This document shows positions 25,358 through 38,247 of a stretch of 64,000 nt of DNA, in pieces. The position numbers and the translations under genes are program-made. The DNA comes from Octopus sinensis (lineage: Eukaryota). The notes under the pieces are model-generated. The model searched no databases. It was not told the DNA's origin and was given only the letters and a program-made list of their open reading frames with translations. Location of the stretch: the NCBI RefSeq assembly GCF_006345805.1, contig NC_042997.1, positions 146,196,001 to 146,260,000 of the forward strand, in the 5' to 3' direction. Each line of letters opens with the position of its first letter. The first letter of the stretch is position 1.

Positions 25358-25384
25358 AGAGAGAGAGAGAGAATATACAACTAA

Positions 25385-25725
25385 TAAGTAGGGGCAAATA
25401 TGCCGAAATTAGACACATTGTCCATAACCATTATAATTTTTCGCATACGCACGCTACTAAAAAAAGGTCGACAGAAATTTCTAAAAAATCCATTATTATC
25501 AAATCGGACCAATTTCAGGGTTAGCTCGTAAGAACCCGCCCTTCGTCAGTGATAAATGTGGTAAATAAATAAATGAGATACTTACTCATACCCATGGAAG
25601 AAGCAAACACTAAGTCATGAGCACAATTAAGTACCCCACTTATTTATTAGTTGTTTATAAATGTAACCTTTAAAGGTATTTTTTAATATGCTGGCCATTG
25701 ATAAAAAATTTTTTCGAAAAAAAAA
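25385..25725 (-). mobile_element. Short hammerhead-bearing element (copy 2, diverged homolog of 20882-21220)
   Basis: Shared blocks TATGCCGA.A..TAGAC, GACAGAAATTTCTAAA, AATCGG.CC.ATTTC, TAAGTACCCCA, ATGCTGGCCA.TGATAA. Confidence 0.7.
25496..25555 (-). ncRNA. Minimal type I hammerhead ribozyme motif
   Basis: Minus strand TTATCA-CTGACGA-AGGG(CGGGTTCTTACGAGCTAA)CCCT-GAAA-TTGGTCCGA-TT|TGATAA; 6-bp helix I, intact core, quasi-palindromic helix III. Confidence 0.75.
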
Positions 25726-25742
25726 CCCATTTTATCCTACAT

Positions 25743-25850
<108 letters not shown>

Positions 25851-25851
25851 T

Positions 25852-25885
<34 letters not shown>

Positions 25886-26212
25886 GCAGAGAAAGAAGGA
25901 GGAGGGAGAGAAAAGGAGAGAGAAAAACAGAGAGAGAGACAGAGAGAGAAAAGAGAAAGGTGGAGAGATGGAGAGAATTGGTCATAGATAATCATGGAAA
26001 TCTACACGATTCCGGAGCACATACATTTCTAAGTACTTTACCACTTCGCTCCATGGCCTATTCTACAAAAGCATACTCGCCACTGTCACTCACTTTTCAG
26101 TAAATTTACTAGACATAAGCATTTTGTATCTGCCCTAACCTTTCTCTTGAATTTTGACTGAAACACTTGATAAGAGTATAGTCGAAGAGGAAAAGCCCTT
26201 ACCTCTGCTTTC

Positions 26213-26257
26213 TTAAATAATTTCGTTGCCATAACTCCCACTATTGAGAAAGCATAT
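26213..26257 (-). CDS. Second coding exon of the same peptide (8th Cys and stop)
   Basis: Acceptor CCCTCTTACTTTATTTCCTCAAG|ATATGC; phase-0 reading ICFLNSGSYGNEII*; donor GAG|GTAAGG at 26203/26202; 208-nt intron. Confidence 0.68.
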   Translation of the reverse strand: MCFLNSGSYGNEII

Positions 26258-26465
26258 CTTGAGGAAATAAAGTAAGAGGGTACTTTCTGCAAGTAGTACC
26301 GGGTTGCACAGAATCCTTTTTCTGTGGAAGGACATTCTCTTTAAAGTTTTGCTATTGTCAGCACTTTTGATGGCTTTTATTCAGTCACATGGACAATTAT
26401 GTAGTCAGTGTTTAATAGATTTGACAATTATGTTAATGTAATACGTTTGAAGCTTCGCTACTTAC

Positions 26466-26630
26466 CTTTGCCCTCAAGCATTCACATCTGCAATTATTTT
26501 GGCAAGTAAGGCTAAAGTTTTCCGAGCACTTTGTCACAATACATCTCGAGGTGCAATTCGGCGGAACTGCTTCAGATCCAACGAAGAGGACCAAAGATAT
26601 CAGCATCAGTTTGAAGATTAGATTGTTCAT
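26466..26630 (-). CDS. First coding exon of a small secreted cysteine-rich peptide (signal peptide plus 7 Cys)
   Basis: Acceptor TTTACAG|AAT ATG (exon starts at 26633); MNNLIFKLMLISLVLFVGSEA-VPPNCTSRCIVTKCSENFSLTCQNNCRCECLRAK; consensus donor AAG|GTAAGT at 26466/26465, phase 0. Confidence 0.75.
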
Positions 26631-26686
26631 ATTCTGTAAACATATGTATTAACATAAATATTGAAAATATTACGGGAAAATGTATG

Positions 26687-26720
<34 letters not shown>

Positions 26721-26849
26721 AAGACGACGTATGAACATTCAGCTTTTGTCGAACGACCTGCACAAATGATTTGTTTATAGTGATCAAATCTTCGTGCCGC
26801 ACATTATCTCAATTCCCCCATCGAAACGACGTTGGTTTGAACATATGCA

Positions 26850-26995
26850 CTGTGTACCACGCGTCCGGCGTAAAATTGAGCGCAGAGCAACATGAAATGA
26901 AGCCTTTTGCTCAAGAACACAACGTACCACTCGGTCCAGGAATTGAAGCCACAATCTCGCGATCGTGAGTGCAACACCCTAACCGCTAGGCCATA
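26850..26995 (-). mobile_element. Truncated tRNA-derived SINE
   Basis: Minus-strand head TGGCCTAGCGGTTAGGGTGTTG; homologous to the 13.8 and 47.7 kb copies. Confidence 0.75.
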
Positions 26996-27437
26996 AATAT
27001 ATTTTTGATGACATAAGAATTTATAAACATTCGAGAGAACGCGAAATAATTCTTTTTTGAAATAATGCGTGTCGAAGCATACATGAACTTATAAATAGTA
27101 GCATGTAAATAAATACTGGGTCGTAAAACCCTTTGGGACAGAAAAAGTTGAATGCACGAGTAACCTTCAGCTTTTTCGATCTAAAAGAGTTTTTCAGTCG
27201 AATATTTACATATTATTAGTTATAGCTTTTGCGAAGGCGGTGAACTAGCAGTAATCGTGAGCATACCAGGCGAAATGCTTAGCGTTATTTAAAATTCCGC
27301 CGAGGTTGACTTTGCCTTTCATCCTTTCGGGGTCGATCAATTAAGTACTAGGGTCTGTGTAATCAACTGCCCCCACTCCACCCCACTCCACCCCCAATTT
27401 CAGGCCTTGTGCCTATAGCAGAAAGGATTGTTTATAA

Positions 27438-27674
27438 AGACGGCGAGCTGGCAGAATCGTTAGCACACCGGGCGAAATGCTTATCGGTAGTTCGTCTGCA
27501 ACTACGTTCTGAGTTCAAATTACGCCGAGGGCGACTTTGCCTTTCATCCTTTCGGGGTCGATTAAATAAGTATATGTTACGCACTGGGGTCAATATAATC
27601 GACTTAATCCCTTTGTCTGTCCTTATTTGTCCTCTCTGTGTTTAGCCCCTTGTGGGCTTTAAAGAAATAAGAAG
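27438..27674 (+). mobile_element. SINE inserted in the tail of another SINE (27230-27437), 13-bp TSD
   Basis: GGATTGTTTATAA at 27425-27437 and 27675-27687. Confidence 0.88.
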
Positions 27675-28574
27675 GGATTGTTTATAACTTCTTGTGTACT
27701 TCGACAGTCATTGTTCCAAAAGCGATATAAAAATATTAATTAATACATATATATGAAGCATATTCTTATTATAAGCAAACAATACCAAGCCTTACATACA
27801 GGACGAACAATTAGATCTACATTGTATATTTGTGATGGGTTCATCTGTTTTCTTTCGTTAGGGGAGAAAGAATAGTGTCTAATATATTTAACAATAGTTT
27901 AGCTACAAAAAAATAATTATACCAGTAATTTAGTAAGAGTTGCGTTGGAGAAATTTGATTTTATTTTACATACAGCATAGACGAATAGGAATAACCTTCA
28001 AGCATTATAAGATTTTTATATTTTTTCTAAAGCTATAATAATAATAATAATGATTATAATAATAGGCACAGGGTCTGAAATTTGGTGGAGGGGCCTAGTT
28101 GAAATCGATCCCCAGTGCTCAGTTGGTACTTATTTTATTAACTAAGAAAGGATGAAAGGCAAAGTTGACCACAGCGGAACGTAAAGGCGTAAGAAATGTT
28201 TTCTAGCATTTTATCTGGTGCTGGAAGAACCTTGCCATCTCACTACCTTCGTAAAAATAATAATTCTTTCTACTATAGGCACAAGGCCTAAGATTTCTTG
28301 CGGGCGTGGGCTAGTCGATTAAATCGACCCCAGTGCTTAACTGGTACTTATTCCATCACATTGCGAATTGCTAATATTGGAAAACAACAGGAATAGACAT
28401 GGTCCCCAACTTCGGGCTGAAAACTCATAAACGCATAATAGGTGTATTTAATGAATTACTGAGCCGGCCAAGATTAACACCTGACTGGATGCTGGAGAAG
28501 AAAACCATTCTAAAGCACAAAAGCAAAAACACCATACTCCTCAAAATTATATGCCTATAACATACCTACAGACA

Positions 28575-28975
28575 ACTGTGTGGTAAGAAGCTTGCTTTCC
28601 CAACCCCCAGTTTCCGAGACCAGTGGCACCTTAGGCAAGTGTCTTCTAAAGATTTGTGAGTGGATTTGGTCGGCAGAAACAGAAAGAAGCCCGTCGTATA
28701 TATATGTATGCATGTGTGTGTGTATTTATGTATGTATGTATGTATGTATGTATGTATTTATGTGTGTATGTGTCTGTGTTTGTCATCACTTAACAACCGA
28801 TGCTAGTGTGTTTATGTTCCTGTAACCTAACGGTTCGGCAAAAGAGACTGATAGAATAAGTACTAGGCTTACAAAGACTAAGTCCTGGGGTCGATTTCGT
28901 CGACTAAACCCCTTCAAGGCGGTACTCTAGCATGCCCGCAGTCAACTGACTGAAACAAGTAAAAGAATAAAAGAG
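28575..28975 (+). mobile_element. tRNA-derived SINE, diverged
   Basis: Homologous to 24949-25357. Confidence 0.85.
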
Positions 28976-29992
28976 CATATACAGCGTCAATAATGTGCAG
29001 CCAGTTATTTGCACACCTGGAAAACCGTATTTGACCAGATGAATAAGACGGAAACCGTTAAAATATGTATGGCTGTGAAAAGCAACCACTAATAAATCTA
29101 GCCGCTTATAGAAGATTGTATACAGAAGAAAACAAACCTCAGTATTCTAGATTCATACATATTGGAGTCACTCTACATAAATAAAGTAGTTCTATCGTTG
29201 CTGAGTCAGTCTTATGATCATAAAGCAGAAAACCAGTACAACATTGGAGAGAAAAAATCGGTAGAGAAAGATTATTTAAAATCAGCCCAGTATACGAACA
29301 GCAGAAAAGTGGGAAAGATAATGAATTTCCTTTGAATATTTTTTTGCTTATAATACTTCATTTTGTTACAGGCACAGGGCCTGAAATTTGGAAGAGGAGT
29401 TTAGTTGAAATTGATCCCAGCGCTCAACTGGTTCTTCTTTTATTATTGTTACGAAAAGCGGTGAGAATGCAGAATTCTTACAGCGCTGGACAAAATTCTG
29501 CGAAGCATTTCTTACGCTTTTACGTTCTGAGATCAAATTCCGCAGAGATCAGCTTTGCCTTTCATCATTGGGGGGGGGGGGGGCATAAAATAAGTACCAG
29601 TTGAGCACTGGGGTCGCTTTCAACTAAACCCCTCCTCCAAATTTCAGGCCTTGGGCCTATAACAAAAATGAATTATTATAAGCAAAATATTCAAAGGAAA
29701 CTTGTTATCTTTTCCATTATTAAAACATGCCTGTAGAATGAAACTACCACAAGGTACAGATGCTACGGGAAAAATATAATCTATTTATGTCCATGGACAA
29801 GACAAAAATATTAATGAAAAATATCACTAAAGAAGGAAACATCTTAAAATTTGTCCACAGTATCAGCGAGGCCATAAGGAAGAATACAGGATTAAACAAA
29901 TATGCTAAACGACACCAAGAAGGGACCAAATTAATAAGCACTAAGACTATTACAGTCAACATAGTATATATATATATATATATATATATAAT

Positions 29993-30075
29993 CTCAGACC
30001 AACAAAATCCTTGTCAGTGGATTTGGTAGACGGAAAACTGAATCAAGCCCGTCATATGTATATACATATACATAC

Positions 30076-30149
<74 letters not shown>

Positions 30150-30210
30150 GACGGGTTTGTGTCAGTTTTCCGTCTACCGAATCCACTGACAAGGGTTTTG
30201 TCGGTCTGAG
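29993..30210. repeat. 64-bp inverted repeat of SINE body around a (TA)n core
   Basis: 29993-30056 vs reverse complement of 30147-30210, about 6 mismatches; the minus copy continues to its head at about 30283. Confidence 0.88.
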
Positions 30211-30304
30211 GTTATAGCAGTGAGTCTGAACCTGAAACCATGAAGTTGGGGAACAACCTTCTTACCACTCATCCACTCCTGCGAGTATGTGTGTGTGTGT
30301 GTAA

Positions 30305-30690
30305 AATCTTAGATATACTTAGATATGTTTCGACCAAAGATTGGTCCAGGCCATATCTAACTTAATAGCACCACCTGACAGGATTATCTAAATCCTTTTA
30401 AAGTCAAGTTTTGTTTATGGTCCATTCAAGTAGTGAGTTCTTGTTGAGTGAATTGTATCCAGATATGGGTGGCTTATCTGGTATTCCTTGAAGAAATCTG
30501 TCGAAACTACGTTTAAAGATGATGGGATCCTTTACCTCTTTGATCAGTTTTGGGACAATGTTAGAGGAAAATAAATTATGTCGCACATTACCTATATGTT
30601 GTGATCCTGAATTAGGCTGGGGACGTACGGCCCGTGCTCCCAGCCTTGGATGAACATTGAAACTAATGTTCAAGTTGTTAAAGTTAAAAA
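30305..30690 (-). mobile_element. 3' end of a CR1/L2-group LINE
   Basis: VRHNLFSS..VPKLIKEVKDPIIFKRSFDRFLQGIPDKPPISGYNSLNKNSLLEW*, then a 3' stem-loop and a repeated ATCTAAG tail. Confidence 0.75.
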
Positions 30691-31026
30691 ATGAGAGTAG
30701 AAATTAATATTAATTTATTATCACTTTAAACCAGAACTTTATACACGTTCTCTTTTGGGAGGACGTCTTGTGTCAAGTTCTGTGAATTATGTTTTCCATG
30801 CAACGGCTGCACTGATGAACTACGGACACTTCTATTTGGGAATGTTAATAGCGAAATCTAGGTATATAAAATTTTGCCAAATTTTGTATCTTTTCATTTT
30901 TCTTACTCGTTTTACATTCTGGCGTTTGCTGAAATTTCTTGGGCACACATTCTTTGTGGTAAGACGATTTGGCATCTTCTTCTAGTATATTAGGAATCCA
31001 CCTTGGTGGTTATTCTCTTATATATA

Positions 31027-31077
<51 letters not shown>

Positions 31078-31189
31078 ATGTATGTATATACATACACATA
31101 TATACATATACATATATATAAACATATATATCTGTATGTATGTATGTATGTATGTATGTATGTATGTATGTATGTATGTATGTCTTAAT

Positions 31190-31450
31190 TCCCGCTATTT
31201 CAGCCTGCGGCAGATTTCATGCTGAAAGGAGATAGTTGTACTCCACAGTATTCGATCTTTGATAAGAGCGTTCAGGAAAACTATGTCCAGATAGTCCATA
31301 ATGTGATTTTATTTCTCCATCTCTTAGGTTGCCGACCTCTGTTTTCCATCCATTAATTATGCCTTCCTAACAGACCTTGCTGAATTCACAAACCATTCAT
31401 TTAGTGTGGCCTAGTAGTTTGAGTATTTTATTAATTTTTTTTTTATTTAG
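31190..31450 (-). mobile_element. Degenerate 3' end of an RTE-clade LINE
   Basis: Fragments resembling KLKWFGH...EG...GKQR...KDRILW of RTE C-termini. Confidence 0.5.
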
Positions 31451-31834
31451 AGGTGATCGGTTGTAATCTGGGAGTTTGGGGCTGGTAATAAGTCTCATTA
31501 CATGATTTTGAAAGGCTTTCTGTTTCTGTAATGCGACATAAGACTAGTTAACACGTAGTAGACCATATAAAACTTATCCAAAACAAAACGTATGACAACA
31601 AACAAATTTAATCCGGAGCTCAAACGTACAATGCATGAGAAACCAATAAAACAAATTTCCTAATTGCCCTACCTCAAACACAAACTCTCTTCAAAGAACG
31701 ATAGAATGATAGCTGTGAATCACAGAATCGGATTTGGTCGGTCAGACTTTGATAACAACAAAATTACACTTACTTCAAGATGGATCCCATACCACGTAAA
31801 ATGAAGCATCTACAACACATATGTCCTTCCAGTG

Positions 31835-31909
<75 letters not shown>

Positions 31910-32582
31910 AATGTGTGTGTGTACAAAAAAAAGACACTGGTGTCTGTTGAGATGTTTCATACACACACAAAAAACGAATATTGTTACTATGAACGACGAG
32001 ACGGGTAGAGAATGTTTGTTCTTGGTGTTATTGCAGCAGAGCAAATGATTATATATATATATAATACCTACTGTTTCAATGAGTGTGTATGTACATATAT
32101 ATATAACACGCTTATATGCATTTGTGATTGTCCATATCAGAAATTATCTTTACTTAAACCCGTTTTAGAGATAAAGTTGAAAGCGCTGGTTACTTACGGT
32201 AAGAAATATCAGGTTCGCGATCACTATTCAAATGATCAACAGCTTAAGATCTGAAACAAAATGATAGCCAGCTATATATAAATATATATATACACATAGC
32301 CACTCGCGCTACTCTTAAACAAATATTCATTTGCTTAGGCGTCTGTAGAACTCTCTCTCTCCCTCTCTCTCTCTCTCACCCCTTCTCTCCATCTCTCTCC
32401 TCTTCTCTCTCTCTCTTCATAAACGCATGCATGTGTTAATATACATTTCTGTGTATGAGTGTGAGTGTGTGTATGTGTGTATTGATTGAGTGATTGATTG
32501 AAATGGCAAGACAGCAAAAGAATAAAAGAGACCTCGATATTATGTAAATAGAGGAATTTATCTGTAAATGTAATATGTGACA

Positions 32583-32661
32583 ATTATTCGGTAGCTATGA
32601 TAAAACTCTGAGTTTCCGCCCCGACATCCGAAACTCGGAGTTTTATCATGGCTACCGAATA

Positions 32662-32663
<2 letters not shown>
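32583..32663. repeat. 34-bp stem, 13-nt loop hairpin (head-to-head copies of a short element tail)
   Basis: ATTATTCGGTAGCTATGATAAAACTCTGAGTTTC / GAAACTCGGAGTTTTATCATGGCTACCGAATAAT; both non-Watson-Crick positions are G.U pairs. Confidence 0.9.
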
Positions 32664-32736
<73 letters not shown>

Positions 32737-32795
32737 CTATCTATGTGTGTGTGTGTGTGTTGTGTGTATGTATGTATGTATGTATATATACATAT

Positions 32796-32828
<33 letters not shown>

Positions 32829-33184
32829 CACATACATACATACATACATAAACATAAACACAAACACACACACACACACTCACAGACGCATATACATACA
32901 TATATATACATATACGTATATTCATATATGGATATAAACATCCATATATTCATATACATTTAGATATATGTGTGTGTGTGTGTGTGTGTGTATACGTTTG
33001 TATAAGTGTACGTATGTAAACACATAAACGTACGTGCATACTCATACATATATGTACGTGTACGTGCTTGCGTGTATTTGCATTTGTGTTTATGCATGAC
33101 TATTCGTATTTTAAGTAAATTTGAATATCAGGGATATTATTAGAAAGCTAAAGATAGAAAAAATAAATCACTGTCCAAAGCTTC

Positions 33185-33215
<31 letters not shown>

Positions 33216-34420
33216 CATTTGCTGATACATATTATTTACCTAAGTACTTAGATTCTCTGACACAAACATTTATACATATATATTTATACACACGTGTAAT
33301 GATACATGTTTGAATACATACATAATGCAGAATTTAAGTACAAACAGTAGTAGAAAACATACGTAGATAATGGCAAAGGAACATAAATGCTATGCAAAAA
33401 GTCAGTATGTTTCTGTTTTTTTTTATCTTCTCCTATTGACTTAGGTTTTATGTGGATTCAGATGGTACGTAACCTATCACTCCACGTGTTTATTGAAAAA
33501 GGAATATCGACCGCTTGTAATGCAGATGCTAGCCTTGACTGTTTCCAGGCACGAAAGTTTGAATGTATGTACGTATGTTTTTTTTTGTGTGTGTATGTAT
33601 GTATGTTTGTATGTATATATGTATACACACACACACACACATATGTATATAAACACGCAAACACACACATTCAGGCTTTCGTGTTTACATACAAAAATGT
33701 ATACACGCGCAAAAAATATACATTAGCACATACACACACATACATGTACATACATACATACATACATACATACATACTTACATACATACATACATACATA
33801 CATATATACATGCATACACACACACATACATACATACATACATACATACATACATACATACATACATACATACATACATACGCGAAGAATTCATTAAATT
33901 TTGTTTAATGATTCTGTAATTTTAAGTGCTATTTTGTATGCTAATTTAATATTAAGTGGAAACATTTATCAACAGTACGTCCTAGGTCTTCTCAGTGAGT
34001 TAACTGAGAGATTCAGATTGGAAAATGTATGATATTGAAGGAGCACGATATGTTGGTATGTCATGTTTAGTGTAACGTATGGGTAAAATTTACTGGAGGT
34101 CTATTTATTGGCAAAAAGACAAGAGACACTAATATAAAAAGCGATAGTATTAACTGTGATCTAAGGAAAATTATAGCTATCAGCATTATTGTCATTTTAA
34201 TGTCCACTTTCCTTTGCTTGCCTGGGCTGGAGAGAGATTATTGAGGCAGATTTTGTATGGTTTTCTGCCACCAAGCCTTTCTTGCTTTCAAGCAAGGTAA
34301 TATTTCCCCATGGCAAGACACGTTCTAACAGAATATCGGAAAGGAAAGGCTATCATTTGCAACATTACGTAATGTCAAGACAAGGAAGTACAAACATACA
34401 CACACACACACACACACATA

Positions 34421-34967
34421 CAGGGGGGTGGATGTAGTGGTTTTCTGATTGCATTCCTTCCGTGAAATCTGGCTTTGTGCAGCTCCCGGCGAACAGTTTT
34501 GTGGAAACTAGGTTCTCAAGGTGGTCATTAAGCTCTGCAGTAATTTTGGGAGCTGTACTTCTGTGATCTTTTCTAACAATTCGCATGAGTCCCATGGTCC
34601 CTATCTGAAAGTTTTGGTTTTCTTCTGGAGTTTTTTTTCGACGAGATTTTTCCCTCTTTCTCAAAAGCTGTCATTACTTTTGAGACCACACTTCTTGATA
34701 CACCAAACATTTCGGCTGTTTTCGTTACGCTAGTGCCTGCCATATGAGCACCAACAATTTGACTGGTTTGAAAGTCCGATAGATCTGTCATTTTAATGAA
34801 CTTTAATTACCTTTTTCTGATGATATCTGAAAAGAAATAGTAAGTTTAGCAAAACATATTAAGCAACACCAATAATAAATCAAAATATAAAATTAAACAA
34901 TATTTTGACGGTTTTATAGATATTTCAAAATTATGATGCGTGTTTCCATTAGTTTGTCCAACCGCCG
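34421..34967 (-). mobile_element. Internally deleted Tc1-family transposon
   Basis: HTH region MTDLSDFQTSQIVGAHMAG...LSDRD...TAPKITAELN; TA flanks at 34419-34420 and 34968-34969; right TIR intact, left TIR reduced to about 12 nt. Confidence 0.85.
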
Positions 34968-35657
34968 TATATTATATAAATACACACAGACAACAGCCAG
35001 CTTTCAGTTTTTGTCTACCAAATCCACTCACATGGCTTTGTTTTGGCTCGGAGGTATAATAAAAACACTTGCCCAAGGTGCCATGCAATGTGACTGAGCC
35101 TGAAACTGTGATTGGGAAGCAAACTTAACTACACAGCCATGCCTATTTATATAATCTGTTTGCATAGGATTTCTTCACAGAAAAAATGCAAATCAGCCTT
35201 CAATTATTTCTAACCATAATACATTTCTTATATGCTAAAATGAAATTTTTAAGATAATCTGGAATTTACATGGGTTTTGTAAAACTAATTTGTTTATTGG
35301 TATATTAGGTGTTTGGAACAACACCAAGAAAATTTTGAAATATTTAAATTTTATTTAAATTTCACTCCACAGTACATATCATCAATTGTTCAATTAGCAT
35401 ATCTGACATTTGAAGCATAGGTCAATAAAGTAATTGTACACTTTGTTGGGCTGCCAATACAATAGCATGAAAAACGGAAATGCCTCAATATAAAGAAAAC
35501 TACTCTATTGAATGTGTATTGAACTGTGATCATGCCGGAACACTAGATTCAAGCTAATCATGTTGACTCTCAGTACATAGTCCAGCTTGGTACATTATTA
35601 AATGTTTGTTACTCTTTGATTTAAAGGAATACACAAGGGATTATATATCTATATCTA

Positions 35658-36740
<1,083 letters not shown>

Positions 36741-36759
36741 TTAGTCTATCCCTCCCGCA

Positions 36760-37918
36760 TGTGCACTCGTTTGATATTTGGTACTTCAACATAGTTCGAC
36801 GCAAACCTGGAATCACATGAAAATGGAGAGCCAAAGCGAACAGAATAGACATCTTATACTGTTTTTTTTTTCATATTTTAAAACAGGCAAGAAAATGGTG
36901 AAACCTGGAGTAAAATATGCAATATGTAGGGGGAGGTTGCTGTTACGGAACGTGTGTGCCAGCCTGGTTTTCAAGATTTCGATTGGGAAATTCTTCGATT
37001 CAAGATGCATCTCATTCTGGCTGGTCCTCTAAGATTAACAACGACAAAATGAAGGAGGTAGTTGACACCAGACCCCGTCATACGACCAGGATGGTCGCAG
37101 ACTATTCTCCAGATGTCCAAATCGAGTGTTGGAAAACTAAGTGCATCAATTTGGTTAGTCAGTGGTCTCGATGACTGGATCCCGCAGCAATTGAATGATG
37201 CTAATGTCGTCCAACGAATTTACATCTGCGATTCGTTGCAGAAACATGAGGAAAACGATCCTTTTCTAAAAAAGTGTAATGACAGAGGGCGAAAATGGAT
37301 CGTTTATAAGTGCAAACGATCATGGGAGAAGCGCGGCGAACCGCCAGAAACAACGTCCAAAGGAAATCTTCACCAGAAGAAGATTATGCTTTCAATTTGG
37401 TTGGATTAGAAGGGTGTTATATTCTACGAGCTTCTTCTCACAGACAAAACCATAAATTCGGATGTGTACAATGACAAATAAATTATACTCAGCGATCCAC
37501 CAGAAGCATCCAGCATTTGCTAATCGTAAGGATATTGTATTTTATCACGACATTGCAGACACCACACTTCTTTGCAGACGCGAGAGAAATTACTGAGTCT
37601 TGACTGGGAAGTTTTGCCGCATCCTCTATATTCGCCTGATCTTGAGCCTTCATATTTCCACCTATTATGGTCTCTTCAAAATTGATTGAATGACAGACCT
37701 TCATCTCTGAAGAGGATGTAAAAAATTCCGCTGAAAGAGTCTTTAGCCAGAAAAGATAGGAAATTCTTTGAGTAGGGAATAATGGATTTGACCACAAGAT
37801 GGCAGAAGATACTGGGCCTAAACGGTAACGATATCACTGATTGAATAAATCACTTTGTGTTTAAAACTTTAGTCGTATTTTCGATTAAAAAACTGAACGA
37901 ACTTTTATGATCAACCCA

Positions 37919-37920
<2 letters not shown>
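36760..37920 (+). mobile_element. Mariner transposon, pseudogenised transposase at 36823-37844
   Basis: MESQSEQNRHL, WIPQQL, KWIVY, LHQKKIMLSIW, WEVLPHPLYSPDL; right TIR ends CAACCCAAT at 37920; left TIR not seen. Confidence 0.9.
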
Positions 37921-37962
<42 letters not shown>

Positions 37963-38040
37963 GCATGCAAATCATTACATATTTAAATTTGGGTGTTTTA
38001 ACTTTATGTGTATGTACATATCTGTACATATGAGTGTGCA

Positions 38041-38247
38041 TATGTAAGAAGTGGTATTGTAAAGTTCCTGGCTTTAAGTTGTAACACGAAAGGCCCGACT
38101 GCAGGTCCAAACTACCGAGTTCTTTTACAGGTCTTAGAAAATCTGCAAGACCGCTGCAGTAAGCGTATGAATCTGAAATCATAATTAACTGATTCTCCTG
38201 TATTTTCTTTTACCCAAAGCCAAGCACTTTTTAGCACCCCTTTGTAT
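38041..38247. mobile_element. Mariner-derived MITE
   Basis: TIR-like ends; homologous to 42567-42772 (CCGAGTTCTTTTACA, TATTTTCTTTTACCCAAAGCC). Confidence 0.7.

Noticed and set aside
29740-29965. ORFs 29760-30029 (+) and 29744-29962 (-)
   Set aside because: AT-rich, no domain or splice support.
30318-30365. Minus-strand TAGATATG...GACCAA-TCT-TTGGTC-GAAA-CATATCTA resembling a type III hammerhead
   Set aside because: Lacks CUGANGA and helix I; better explained as the LINE 3' stem-loop.
33445-33464. 20-nt candidate micro-exon (TTAG|...GATG|GTACGT)
   Set aside because: Splice-like signals alone at this length are expected by chance in 64 kb.
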